Source: Squalus acanthias (lineage: Eukaryota). Taken from it: a stretch of 64,000 nt of DNA. The stretch lies in assembly GCA_030390025.1 (NCBI GenBank), contig CM059430.1, forward strand, positions 73,532,001 to 73,596,000, read 5' to 3'. Positions 23,262 to 37,600 of this stretch are shown here, one piece after another. The translations under genes and the position numbers were made by a program. The notes beneath the pieces were generated by a model. It searched no databases. It was not told the origin of the DNA and worked only from the letters and a program-made list of their open reading frames with translations. The first letter of the stretch is position 1. Each line of letters begins with the position of its first letter.

Positions 23262-26200
23262 ATCATAGAATCATAGAATCATAGAAAGTTACAGCACGGA
23301 AGGAGGCCATTTCGGGAGATCGTGTCCGCGCCGGCAAACACACAGCTATCCAGCCTAATCCCACTTCCCGGCTCTATATCTGTAGCCCTGCAGGTTGGAG
23401 CATCCCAAGTGCACATCCAAGTCCGTTTTAAATGTGGTTAGGGTTGCTGCCTCTGCTACCCTTTCAGGCATTGAGTTCCAGACCCCCACAACCCTCTGGG
23501 TGAAAAAATTTCCCCTCAAATCCCCTCTAAAGCTTCCAGCAATTAATTTAAATCTGTGCCCCCTGGTTTTCACCCCTCTGCTAAGGGAAATAGGCCCCTT
23601 CTATCCACTTGATCTATGACCCTCATAATTTTATACACGTCAATAAGGTCTCCACTTAGCCTCCTCTGTTCCAAGGAAAGCAGACCCAGCCTATTCAGTC
23701 TTTCCTCATAGCCAAAAAGCTCTACTCCCGGCAGCATCCTTGTAAATAACCTCTGCACCATCTCGAGTGCAATCTCATCTTTCCTGTAATATGGTTACCA
23801 GAACTGCACGCAGTACTCTAGCCGAGGCCTAACTAGTGTTTTATGCAGTTGTAGCATAACCCCCTTGCTCTTGTATTCTATGCCACGGCTAATAAAGGCA
23901 AGCATTCCCTATGCCTTCTTAACCACCTTATCTACCTGGCCGGCTACCTTCAGGGATCTGCGGACATGCACTCCAAGATCGCTTTGTTTCTCTGCACTAC
24001 TCAGTGTCCTACCATTTAATGTATATTCCCTTTCCTTGTTCCTCCCCAAATGTATTACCTCACACTTCTCGGGATTAATTTCCATTTGCCAGTGTTCTGT
24101 CCACCTGACCAATTTAATGATATCTTCCTGCACTCTACAGCTTCCTTCTTCGGTATTAAACACACAGCCGATTTTAGTATCATCTGCAAACTTCTTAATC
24201 ATACCCTCTATATTCAGTTCTAGATCATTGCTATATACCACAAAAAGCAAGGGACCCAGTACTGAGCCCTGCGGAACCCCACTGGAAACAGCCCTCCTGT
24301 CATAAAAACACCCATCAACCATTACCCACTGCTTCCTGTATCCGAGCCAGTTTTGAATGCAACTTGACAGTTTGCGCTGGATCCCATGGGCTTTTAACTT
24401 CGTGAGCAGTCTGCCATGTGGAACCTTATCAAACGACTTGCTAAAGTCCATATACACTGCATCAAACGCACTTCCCTCATCTATCCTCCTTGTAACCTCC
24501 TCAAAAAATTCAATCAAATTTGTCAGACACGACCGTCCCTTAACAAATCCGTGCTGAATATCCTTGATTAATCCGTGTCTTTCTAAATGAAGATTTATCC
24601 TTTCCTTCAGAATTCTTACCAATAATGTTCCCCCCACCGAGGTTAGGCTGACTTGCCTGTAATTACTCGGTATATCCTTTTCTCCCATTTTAAACAAGGG
24701 TACCACATTAGCAATCCTCCAGTCCTCCGGCACCACACCTGAAGCCAGAGAGGATTTAAAAATGATGGCCAGGGCCTCTGCTATTTCCTCCTTTGCTTCG
24801 CTTAATAGCTCGGGATACATTTCCACCGGCCCTGGGGAATTATGCACTTTTAAAGCTTTTAAATCCCTTAATACTTCCTCTCTCACTATGTTTATTTCAT
24901 CTAATATTTCAGACTCCTCCCCCCTGATAGCAATGTCTGCTGCGCCCCTCTCCTTTGTGAAAACAGACGCAAAGTATTCAGAAAGAACCCTACCGACGTC
25001 TTCCGCCAACACACACAGATTACCCGCATGATCTCTAATGGTCCCTACCGTTTCTTTAGTTATCCTCTCACACTTAATATATTTATAAAACATCTTTGGG
25101 TTTTCCTTGATTTTACTTGCCAAGAATTTTTCATGCTCTCTCTTTGCTTTCCTAATATCCTTTTTAATTGCACCCCTGCACTTTCTGTACTCCTCTAAAG
25201 ATTCTGGAGTATTTAGCCCTCGGTATCTGTCATACGCCTCCCTTTATTTTCTTTATCGTACCCTGTATGTCCCTAGACATCCAGGGGTTTCTGGATTTGT
25301 TAGTCCCACCTTTTTTCTTTAAGGGCACATATTTGGTCTGAACTCTCCGTATCTGCTCCGTGAATGCCTCCCACTGCTCTGACACTGATAAACCTTCAAG
25401 TAGCTGTTTCCTGTCCACTGTGGCTAAATCACGTCTGAGCGAAGCAAAATTTGGTTTTCCTCAATTTAGAATTTTTATTCCTGGTCTATCCTTGTCCTTA
25501 TACAGAACTACCTTAAATCTATCAGAATTATGGTCACTAGCACCACAATGCTCCCCCACCGATACATCTTCTACCCGCCCAGCTTCATTCCCTAAAACTA
25601 AGTCCAGAATCGCCCCCTCCCTTGTTGGGCTTGTTACATATAAGCCTTAGAAAGTTCTCCTGTATGCATTTTAGGAATTCAGCACCCTCTATACCTATCA
25701 AACTAATTTAATCGCAGTTAATATTGGGGTAGTTGAAATCCCCTACTATTAATACCCTATAGTTTTTGCACTTCTCAGAAATGTTTCCAAATATTTTTTC
25801 ATCTATCTCCCTATCACTGTTTGGGGGTCTGTAGTATACTCCTAGCAGTGTGATCGCCCCTTTTTTCTTTTCAATTCGACCCATATGGCCTCGTTTGATG
25901 ATCCCGCCAACATATCATCCCTCCTCACAGCTTTATAGTTTCTTTAATCAATACCTCGAACCCCCTCCCTCTTTACCTTCCTCTCTATCCCGTCTGAAAA
26001 TCCTGTAACCAGGAATTTTGAACTGCCATACCTTCCCCCCTTTCAGCCACGTCTCCATAATAGCTATAATATCATTGTCCCAATAACTACCTGTGCCTTC
26101 AGCTCATCTGCCTTGTTCGCTATACTCCTTGCAGCGAAGTATATATCATTTAGTGGAAGCAAACATCTTTGTTGTCTACTTTCTAGTCCTTGATTCCTCT

Positions 26201-27240
26201 GTCGTTCCAATTTACTTTCTACGTTTTTGTTTTCCAATTCCAGGTTTTGTTCCCTCCATATTGACTCTAAAATTAGGCTCCCAACAACCTGTCAAGCTAC
26301 TGAAAATCTCCCCAACAGCACTAGCAAACCCTCCGAAGAGGATATTGTTCCCGTTCACGTTGAGGTGCAACGAGTCTGGCTTTTAGAGGTCCCATTAACC
26401 CCAGAAACGATTCCAATTTCTCAGGAATCTAAAGCCCTTCCTCCTACATGATCTCGCAAGCCACGCATTCATCTGCTCAATCTTCCATTTCTGTACTCAC
26501 CGGAGATTACTACCTTTGATGTCCTGCTTTTTAACCTCTTTCCTAGCTCTCAAAACTCTGCCTGCAGGACCTCATCCCTCTTCCTACCTATGTCGTTGGT
26601 ACCGATATGGACCACGAACTCTGGCTGTTCACCTTCCCCACTCAGAATTCCCTGCAGCCGTTCCGTGACATTCCTGACCCTGTAACCAGTGAGGCAGCAT
26701 ACTATCCTGGAGTCACATCTGTGGCCGCAGAAACACCTGCCTGGTCCCCTAACTATTGAATCCCTTCTCACTATTGCTCTCCCTCTCCTCTTCCCCCCGC
26801 CCCGCGTCTGTGCAGCTGAAACTTCCATGGTACTGTGAACTTGGCTCTGGCTGCACTACCCAGAGGAACCAAAAACCCTCACCAAAAGTCAGCACCGATT
26901 ACTGCTTGGTGAGCAAGATGGGGTCAGGGGAATCCTGCACTACCTGCCTGGGCCTCCTGTGCTGTGTGATGGTCACCCATTCCCTCTCTGCCTGCACACT
27001 CTGAAGCTGCGGGGTGACCACCTCCCGAAACGTGCTATCCACGTAGGTCTGAGCCTCACGGATGCACAGCAGTGACTGCAGCCGGCTCTCAAGTTCCGTA
27101 ACTCAGCAGTGCTGGATCTTCTGTAGCTGGCGACACTTGCAGCACGTGTGGTCCTCCAGACAACGGGAGTTGTCCAGGAGATCCCACATGGCACAGGATG
27201 TGCATTCCACGGGTGTGAGCTCCCCTGCCATACCTTTAAA
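23262..27240 (-). mobile_element. Near full-length CR1 LINE
   Basis: ORF1 esterase (VVHIGTNDIG), 404-aa RT fragment at 23909-25123 (GVPQGSVLGP, FADD), (ATTCTATG)n tail at 23263-23287. Confidence 0.95.
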
Positions 27241-29709
27241 TAACAGACAACTTACCAACCTAGCTGGAATAAACTTAAAAATTATAAGAAAGCCAAGTCA
27301 ACAAAAAAATGGTGCTTACTGCATTTTGTTTTCTCGTAGGAAGCTTTCCAAGACTCCCAACGTGCTGATCAAAAATGGATGCCCGGAATAATAAATACCG
27401 CACAGAGGCCAAAGAAGATAGGGACCAAATCATAAAATGCTGGAGATATTCAGCAGCTCATGGTTGCAACAGACAAGCCAACGATTCAGATGTGAACAAT
27501 TCGTCTACTAATGACAACTATTACACACTTGTACAATTGACTAGCCTGTTCTCTCCAAAGATACTGCCTAATTTGCTGAGGCTTTACTACATTTTCTGCT
27601 TTTGCTTTAGATTTCCAGAATCTATAATATTGTTTCCGTCGATTGCGATGGGATTGAAGAAGGTTTTCGAAAATCGGGTGAGGGTGAGATGGGAAAGTGC
27701 GGTTTAGACAAAAGCACTAAAATATAGAGCCACGGTAGCTTAATTCTGACCTAAAGACAATCAAGGCAGAGCTTACAGAGGAAGCTTGAATTGGATTTGC
27801 ATAGAGCATGCGCATATACTAATATGCAGTGATGGAGCTTTCTGCAACGGTAGAGGATCGTAACCATGAAGGAATCTATAACGTCTGGTTATAAAATTGA
27901 AGATTCTGCAGGACGACAGCTCACGTATGGGGGTGACTTAATGTGGAATAAGATGCAAATGGCTAACCCTTTGGCGATTTTAAGGTTAAGTAAGTCGGAG
28001 CTCACGACATTCAAGGAGTCGAAAGTGTAAGTGTGGTAAACGTGGATGAGCGTTTTCGTGGTGATTAGGATGCAGTTTTACAACGCCGTGGCTATTGAAA
28101 ATGCAGTCCTTGTAATTGTTTTAAGGAAGAGTCTGAAATGCAGCTCATGCATCACCGAGAATGTTCACTCTTGAATTCGGTTCAAATGAACTGCCTGGTA
28201 AGAGGCTGGAATTAGAGCTAAGCCGTGGACCTTTGGTTTGGAGACCCTTCTGCAGAGCCCAAAATACTCACAGTCCCCGCATTGTGCTTTCGCAAATACA
28301 CTTCACAGTGACTTATACTGTTCGAGATAACTCATAAGATACTTAACGATCTTGAACTTCAAAACCCATTCATCAAATTAAATTAAATATTATTGATTTG
28401 ACGCAGGATATTTTTCATGCTCAACATCTTCAAATAAATAACATTGTCAAAACCCCAATGGAAAGAGGAGCGGCTTTTGACTGAAGATCACTTCTAGAAA
28501 ATTGTGCTTTTACTCTCGCTAGGTTGAGTAGGCTGTGTTGCACGACGGGCTTTTGTTCACACATCCTTTGTGGTTGGCATTCTTTGTTTGAAGCGTCAAA
28601 CAGTCGCGGATTGCTGAATGTTGCATGTTAAGTGTAAATGCTGAACTAAAGGTCGCCTATGTTAGTTAAACAGCTAGTAGAATTTCCTGGGAATTTTCCG
28701 AGCTCCGCAAGAACAGCAACGGTGGATCGGCGGAATCCCAGGAGATACAACAGTTTTTAATCTTTAACGAGGTTCTTCTTCTCTTCCACCGAAGTTACCG
28801 AGCACAATCGGGAAAGCCTTGCGGAAATTCCAGCATTGTGATAATTTTCATGTGCACGTATGTAAGATACCTGTCACAGGATGTATTTATGAGATTACAA
28901 AGAATGACATAGCATTTACAGCACAGAAACCTGCCGATCGGCCCAACTGGTTTATGCCGGTGTTAATGCTCTCCAGTCTACATAAAGGTCATCGACATGA
29001 AACGTTAACTCTGTTTCTCTCTCCACAGATGCTGCCTGATCTGCTGAGCATTGCCAGCATTTTCTGTTTATATTTTAAGATTTTCAGCATCCCCAGTATA
29101 GATTCCTGGGCTTGTTCTATCTGCCTTTTGAAATATAGGAATAATTAGCTGTCTTCAAGTCCGCTGGCACTGTTCTCTGTTCTTAATCGTCTAAGATTAT
29201 TATTATTCTTTCAACAGAGTTCCTTTTAAATAGAAATTCGATGAAATAATGTCCCGGAATTTTCCTTTCAGCCATTCTGCTCAGGTCCCGACTGCTTTTT
29301 GGACAATTCATCAAACTTAACCGCGGGTGTGAAGCTTCCCCATATGAGCCCTAAGTCTCGGCATGGAACCATTGGAATGAAAAAGCTTGGCATCCAAACA
29401 CAGAAAAGGATTTTTTGAATTATGCAGCCAACGCACAGATCTTTATGTATAATAAGTAAATTAGAAAATAAAAACATTATGTTGTTTGCATTAGAATAAT
29501 TGATAAGAATCTTGGAGATGATTGTAAATTGAACAAGGGATTGGACAGGCTACATTTGGGATATTACGTGACCTTCTGGATAGCCCATGCTAAGAAGAAT
29601 ATTACAACCAGGGAACGAACAGTGAAGATTATTTTAGCGAAGGGTTAATCAAATGGAAATGCTGTTGTTCTATCTATATATTAATGTAATTGTGTCCAGT
29701 AACTTTTCA

Positions 29710-30735
29710 TTTGGGTTCCGCAGGGCTCAGGACTAGGTCCATTGCTTTTTGTGATATATATCAATGATCTGGACTTGATTATAGGGGGTATGATTAAGAT
29801 TTCTGCAGATTATACGAAAATCGGCTGTGTGGTTGATACTGAAGAATGAAGCTGTGGACATGAGGAAGAAATCAATAAATTGATCAGGTGGGCAGAACAG
29901 TGGCAAATGGAATTCAATCCGTAAAAGCATGAGTTAATGCATTTGGGGAGGGCTAACAAGGAAAGGGAATACACATTAAATGGTAGGACCCTGAGTTGTG
30001 TAGCGGAACAAAGGGAACTTGGAGTGCATGTCCACAGATCCCTGAATGTAGCAGGCCAGGTAGATAATGTGGTTAAGAAGGCACACGAAATGCTTGACTT
30101 TATTAACCGTGGCACAGAACACAAGAGCAGGGGGGTTATGCTTCAAATGTATAAAACACTAGTTAGGCCTTAGCTAGAGTACTGCGTGCAGTTCTGGTCA
30201 CCACATTACAGGAAAGGTTGGATTGCACTTGAGAGGGTAAAGAGGAGTTTTACAAGGATGCTGCCGGGAATAGAGGATCTTCGCTCTGAGGAAAGTCTGT
30301 ATAGGTTGTGTATTTTTTCCTTGGATCAGAGGAGGCTGAGGGGAGACCTTGTTGACGTGTATAAAATTATGGGGGGCAAAGATCAAGTGGTTAGAAAGGG
30401 CCCATTTCCCTTAGCTGACGGGTCCAAAACCAGGTGGCAGAGATTTAAAGTAATTGCTGGAAGGTTTAGAGGGGATTTGAGGGGAAATTTCTTCACCCAG
30501 AGGTTTGTTGGGGTCTGGAACTCGCTGCCTGAAAGGTTGGTAGAAGCAGGAAGCCTAACCAGATTTAAAAAGTACTTGGATGCGCGCTTGGGATGCTCCA
30601 ACCTGCAGTGCTACGGAACAAGCACTGGGAAGTGGGATTAGGCTGGATAGCTCTTTGTTGGCTGGCGTTGAAATGATTTGCCGAAACGGCCTCCTTCCGT
30701 GCTGGAAGTTTCTCTGATTCGAACTATGATTCTAA
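29710..30735 (+). mobile_element. CR1 3' fragment
   Basis: MHLGRANKEREY..., QFWSPHYRK...RRLRGDL; same subfamily as 23262-27240. Confidence 0.9.
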
Positions 30736-33455
30736 ATGCATCTATATTGTTTGCCTCAACTACTCCCTGTGTTGGCGAATTCCACATTCTCATTACCCTC
30801 TGGGTAAAGAAGTTCCTTGTGAATTTCCTATTTAATTTCTTGGTGACTATCTTATATTAATTGTCTCTAGATATGCTCTTCTGTAGATACTTTACCAAAC
30901 CTTTCATAATTTTAAAGACCTCTTTTAAGTGACCCCACAATCTTCTCTTTGCAAGAGACAAGACACCCAGCCTGTTCATCCATTCCTGATAGGTATACCC
31001 TCGCATTTCTGGTATTATCCTTGCATACCTTCTCTGCACCCTCTCCAGTGCCTCTATATCTTTAGTTATAACGTGGCGACCAGAATTGTACACAGAACTC
31101 CAAGTGTGGTCTAACCAAGTTTCGATATACATTTAGCATAACTTCACTATTTTTCAATTCTATCCCTTTAGAAATAACCCCAAGGAGCTTGGTTTGCTTT
31201 TTATGGCCTTGTTAACCTGTGAAGCAACTTTTACTGATTTATGTATTTGTACTCTGAGAACCCTTTGCTCCTCTACCTCACCCAGACTCGCACCCTCCAA
31301 GTAATAAGTGACCTCCCTATTCTACATACCAAAATGTAATACCTCACATTTATCTATGTTGAAATTCAATTGCCAATTATATGCCCATTCTGCAAGCTTA
31401 TTAACTTACTTCTGTAATTTTTTGCAGTCCTTTGTGTACAAGGACTTCCAGGTCCCTCTGAATACCAATATTATCAAAAATGTCAACATTTCAAAAATAT
31501 TGTGCTTTTCTATTTTAACTTCGAAACTGGAACACTTCACATTTCTCGACGTAATATTTAATTTGCCATGTTCTTGCCCAGTCTTTTAACCTCACTATAT
31601 CCCTTTGCATCTACTTTCTGCCCTCTTCACAACTTTTTTTCCCACCTGGCTTGGTGTCGTCAGCAAATTTGGAAGCATCACCGTCGGCCTCCTCATTTAA
31701 GACATTGATATAGATTGCAAATAGCTGAGCCCAAGGACTGATCCTTGCCGTACCCCGCTAGTTACAGCCTGCCAAACTGAAAATAATCCATTTATTCATA
31801 CTCTCTCTTTTCTGTCTGTTAACCTAACGTCAATCTATGCTAATATATTACCCCCATCCCATGAACCCTAATTTTGTGTAATAACCTCTTGTGTTGTACC
31901 TTATCGAACGTGTTTTTCAAAATCTAAGTAAAATGCAACCACTTGTTCCCCCTTATCTACCCTGCTAGTTACAGCCTCAAAAAACTCTGAAAGGATTTGT
32001 CAAATACAATCTGCCTTTCATAAATCCATGTTGACTCTGCCCAATCTTAATGGGCCGAAAATTGATCCCGGGACGCGAGAGTACGCACTGCATACTCTCG
32101 CGTATTCCCACTCCAATTGCCGGTTTTCTGCATGCCCTGCGCATGCGCTGAAAACCGGCAATTGCTCTTCCGAAAAGGGGGCGGGGCCTGAGTGCATCGC
32201 GTGCGCGCTACAGGCTGCGCGCACGCTGTGCACTTCATGCTTTGGACGCGCAGGTAAGTAGGGAAGATTTTGGAAATGTAAAAAGGAGGAGTAAGACCCG
32301 CTTTTAAGAAGGTAAGTAGTGAATTAAGCATTTTTTTGAATTTTTTTTTACAGGTATATCTTTTTTTTAGACTTTAAAGACAGGTAAGTTTATTTTTATA
32401 ACTTTTTAAAAGATTTTAAATTTTTTCAAAAATTTAATTTTTTATTTAAAATGGTTAATTTAATTAACTATACTTATTTTATTAATGTGATGGTTTTTTT
32501 TTTAATTTAATTGAGGTTTAGCTGTTATTTTGGGGGGTTGTAAGATTCATAAGTCTCACAGCCATGCTGTGAGACTTATGAATGGATGATGGTGTGCTGC
32601 CATTGGCTCTAACTGAGTCACGTGATCCCACAGCTCGCACGAATTAACTACGCCGCTGGGATACGCAAGCCCAGCACACCTGATGTCTGGAACATCAAGT
32701 TCGTGCGAGCTGGATCAGAAAAAGCATAAGCGAGGTGAGACATCGCGGGGAAGGCTTACCCCCGCGGGAACAGAGCGAGATCAATTTCTGGGCCAATATC
32801 ATTTTCTAAGAGCGCTGTTACTACGTACCTAATAATGGATTCTAGCATTTTCCCTACTACTGTTGTAAGGCTAACTGGTCTATTGTTTCCTTTATTCTCT
32901 CTCCCTCCTTTATTGAATAGCGGGGTTACTTTTGCTGACTTCCACTCTGCAGGGACCGTTCTATAATCTGTTCAATTCTGGAAGATCAAAACCAATGAAT
33001 CCACTAATTCTGTAGCCATCTGTTTTAAAACCCTATGATGTAGGTTTTCGGGTCCTAGGGATTTGTCGTCTTTTAGTCCCATTTATTATTCCAGTACTAT
33101 TTATTTACTAATACTAATTGATTTAAGTTCCTCATTCTCACTAGCCACTTCGACCCTCTTTTTTTAATGTTTTTTATGTCTTCTTCCATGAAGACAGATG
33201 CAGTGTATTTGTTTAATGTCTCTGCCATTTTTTCCCCTGTTATAATTTCTCCTGTCTCTGCCTGTAAGGGACCCGCGTTTACTTTCGCTTATATCTTCTT
33301 TTTTGCATACCTAGAGAAGTGTTTACAATCTGTTTGTATTTTTCTTGCTAATTTACTCTCGTATTCCCTTTTCTCTCTCTTTATCAATTTCTTGGTCATC
33401 CTTTGCTGAATTCTAAAATCCTCCCAATCCTCAGGCCTATTATTCTTTTTCGCAG
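30736..33455 (-). mobile_element. Decayed CR1 fragments (host of the MITE at 32052)
   Basis: DIEALERVQRR...KRRLWGHL and reverse-complement RT motifs. Confidence 0.8.
32052..32794 (+). mobile_element. MITE family 1, third copy nested in a CR1 fragment
   Basis: TIRs gggccgaaaatt / aatttctgggcc, TSD aat; interrupts a LINE RT sequence. Confidence 0.85.
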
Positions 33456-34666
33456 GAGCAGGTAATGGAGAAACAGAACAGGATTCGAAATAAAAAATAT
33501 AAAAAGTAATTGCTGGGGCAGAGACCTCAGAATTGGATAACGTCTGATCAGGCTACAACTTTACTTTTAACGTGTGTAGATTATCCTGTAAACTCGTATG
33601 AATTTGCCGGAAGTTCCACTGATAATTGTAGCTAACTAATGTCGACAATAGTTATGATCAAATGCTTAATAAATCTGTGAATATTTACCTTCTATGCTTT
33701 GAACCTTGTTATTTTGAGGAACAACTTATAAGTAAGTACATTCATCCACTAAGAATTCAGTTCAATTCTCAGGAACGAAAGGGCATTTTTAGGAAGAAAT
33801 GTTTGAAATCTTACTTTCTTTATCATTGCACGAACGAAGGATCATGAGAAGTTCCCAATTGTAGACAACTTTAAGGGTGTAAACTTCGATCGAGATAGGT
33901 TTACTTTTGAGACTGAAACAGAAATAAATGGAGCTATAATTACTAGACACGAATATGTTCAGGACATTGACTCTGCTGTAAAAATGGGACGATGACTTTC
34001 ATCAATGCAAAGGATACCTGGGGGCTCACCTGATAATTTCAGCGGAGTATGCATTCAACTCATTCAATGTATGTATTCCGGGAATTGCTAAGGCCCCTCA
34101 TTTACGACCACCTGTCAACCAGAAACGACAATTTGGTGCAAAGCGATTCAGTGCAATCAGAAATTCGAAAGGGTTTCACTTTCGCTTCATTGTCATCCCG
34201 AAAAAGGCAGGAAGGTGTCAGTGCAGCGATGATCGCTAGATTATAAATTACTTCTTTAGAAGAAACGGTCAGGATCTTGACTCTATCCAAACTGCGGGTT
34301 GAATTGACAAGCATTCAAATGTGAAAATCCCAATGAAATAATATTTGGTTAAATATATATATCGTTAATTATTCAGAAAAGGTGTCTCGTAATGGCAACA
34401 GATGCAATGTGTAAGCACAGTGTTATATTATTATGTGCAATCCTACTGTTTCACAGCATTTTCATTCGAGTTTTCGAGGCACTTCACATCATGTTGTCTG
34501 GAAGGAAAACAGGCTTGGATCTAAAGCGGAAGCCGGAGCGAAACGAAATACTGCATTTCCTGAGCCCCATATATGCACTGATACCTGCATTCTAAAAGTG
34601 GACTAAGAACTGAATCTTAGGCTCGAATCGAGCATAGTTCTAAGTTCCCAAGTTTAAGCTATGTGG

Positions 34667-37600
34667 ATAGAAACATAGAAACATAGAAGATAGGTGCAGG
34701 AGTAGGTCATTCGGCCCCTCGAGCCTGCTCCGCCATTCAAGGCGATCATGCCAGATCATCCTAATTCAGTACCCTGTCGCTACTGTCTCCCCATATCCGT
34801 TGATTCCCCTTAGCCTTAAAAATATATCTAACTACTTCTTGACTATATTTAATGAATTGGACTCAACTGTCTTCTGTGGTAGAGAATTCCACAGGTTCAC
34901 CACTCTCTGGGTGAAAAAAATCCTCTTCATCTCAGTCCTAAATGGCTTAACCCTTACCTTTAGACTGTGAACACTGTTTCTGGAATACCCCGCCATCGGG
35001 ACCATCCTTCCTGCATCTAGTCTGTCTAGTCCCGTTAGAATTTTATAAGTTTTAATGACATCCCTTCTCATTCTTCTAACCTCTGGAGAATACAAGCCCA
35101 ATCGACCCAATCTCTCTTCATACGTCATTCCTGCCATCCCAGGTATCAGTCTGGTGAATCTTAGCTGCAATCCCTCCATGGCAACAACATCCTTCCTCTG
35201 ATAAGGCGAACAAAACTGCACACAATAGTAAAGGTGTGGTCCCACCAAGGCCCTGTACAACTGCAGCAAGACATCCTTGCTCGTGTACTCGAATCCTCTC
35301 GCTATAAAAGCCAACATAGCATCTGCCTTCTTAACCGCCTGCTGCACCTGCATGCTTATCTTCAGCCACTGGGCCACAAGGACACCCATGTCTCGTTGCA
35401 CTTCCCCTTTTCCCAATCTATTGTCGTTCAGAAAATAATCTGCATTCCTGTTTTTGCCACCAAAGTGGATAACCTCGCATTAATCCACATTGTACTGCAT
35501 CTGCCATGCATCTTCCCAATCACCCAATCTGTCCAAATCATACTGGAGTTTCTCTGCATCCTCCTCACAGCACATACGTCCACACAGCATTTGTGTCGAC
35601 TGCAAACTTGAAGAGAATACATCTAGTTCCCTTGTCTAGATCATTAATATATATTGTGAATAACTGGGGTCCTAGCACCGATCCCTGCAGTATCCCACTA
35701 GTCACTGCCTGCCACTCGGAAAAAGACCCGTTTATTCCAACTCTTTGCTTCCTGTCTGCCATAGAGTTTTCTATCCATGTCAGTACCTTAACCCCAATCT
35801 CATGTGCTCTAATTTTGCACGCTAATTTCTTATGCGGGACCTTATGGAAAGCCTTCTGAAACTCCAAATACACCACATCCACTGGTTCTCCCTTATCTAT
35901 TCTACCAGTTACATCATCAAAAAATTCCAGTAGATTAGTCAAGCATGATTTACCTTTTGTAAATCCATGTTGATTTGGTCTTATCCTGTCACTGTTTTCC
36001 AAGTGCTCTGCTATTACCTCTTTTATAATGAACTCTAACATTTTCCCCACTAACGATGTCAGGCTTACCTTTCTATAATTCCCCATTTTCTCTCTACCAC
36101 CATTTTTAAATAGTGGGGTTACATTAGCTACCCTGCAATTCATGGGAACTGTTCCAGAGTCTATAGAATTTTGGAAGATGACCAGCAATGCATCTACTAT
36201 TTCTAGGGCCACTTCCTTAAGTACCCTAGGATGTAGATTATCAGGCAGTGGGGATTTATCGGCCTTCAATCCCGTCAATTTCCCGAACAGCATTTCCCTA
36301 CAAATACTGATTTCATTCAGTTCCTCCCACTAATTCGACCCTATATTCCCCGACATCTCAGGGATGTTTTTTGTGTCCTCCTTTATGAAGACAGAACCAA
36401 AGTATGTATTTAATTGGTCTGCCATTTCTTTGTTCCCCATTGTAAATTCCCCTAATTCTGACTGCAAGGGACCTACGCTTCACTTCACCATTTTTTTTTC
36501 TTCACATACCTGGAGAAGCTTTTACCGTCAATTTTTATATTAACTGCAAGCTTACTCTCATACTCTATTTAATCCCGCTTAATTAATCCCTTTGTCCTCT
36601 TTTGCTGAATCCTAAACTGCTCCCAATTCTCAGGTTTGCTTCTTTTTCTGGACAATTTATATGACCTCTCCTTGGAACTTATGCTATCCCTAATTTCCCT
36701 TGTTAGCGACGGATGAGACACCTTTCCTGTTTTATTTTTATGCCAAACAGTGATGAACATATTCTGTAGTTCATCCATGTGATCTTTGATTGTTTGCCAT
36801 TACCTATCCACCGTCAACCCTTTAAGTAACGTTCCCGAATCCATCCTAGCCATCTCGCACCTCATACCATCGTAGTTTCCTTTATTTAAATGCAGGACCC
36901 TAGTCTCTGAATCAACTACTTCACTCTCCATCGTAATGAATAATTCTATGTTATGTGATCGCTCCGCCCCAATGGGCCTCACACAACAAGATTGCTAATA
37001 AATCCTTTCAAATTACATATTACCCAGTCTAAGATGGCCTGATCTCCAGTTGGTTCCTCGACATATTGGTCCAGGAAACCATGCAGTATACACTCTAGGC
37101 ATTCCTCCTCCACAGTATTGTTACTAATTTGATTAGCCCAATCTATATGAAGATTAAAGTCACCCATGATAACTGCTGTGCCCTTATTGCACGCGTCTCT
37201 AATTTCCCATTTAATGCCATCCCGAACCTGAGCAATACTGTTTGTGTGTCTGTATACAACTCCCACTAACGTTTTCAGCCCCATGATATTTCTCAGCCAT
37301 GCCCATACAGATTCCACATCATCAGTGCTAATATCCTTCCTGACTATTGTGTTAATCTCATCTTTAACCAGCAATGCTACCTCACCACCTTTTCCTTTTA
37401 GCCTGTCCTTCCTGAATATTGAATACCCCTGGTTGTTGAATTCCCAGCCTTGGTCAACCTGGAACCATGTCTCCACAATCCCAATTATATCATATCCGTT
37501 TACATCTATTTGCATAGCTAATTCATTCAACCTGTTATAAATGCTCCTTGCATTAAGACACAGAGCCTTGAGGCTTGTTTTTTGAACAGTCTTAGACCAT

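Noticed and set aside
23909-25123. Longest ORF (404 aa) as a host gene or active retroelement
   Set aside because: It is a CR1 reverse transcriptase fragment; the flanking parts of ORF2 are broken by stops and frameshifts.
34030-34330. Exon-like segment with a CAG|GTGAG donor in a unique island
   Set aside because: All frames from the nearest acceptor hit stops and no domain is recognisable.
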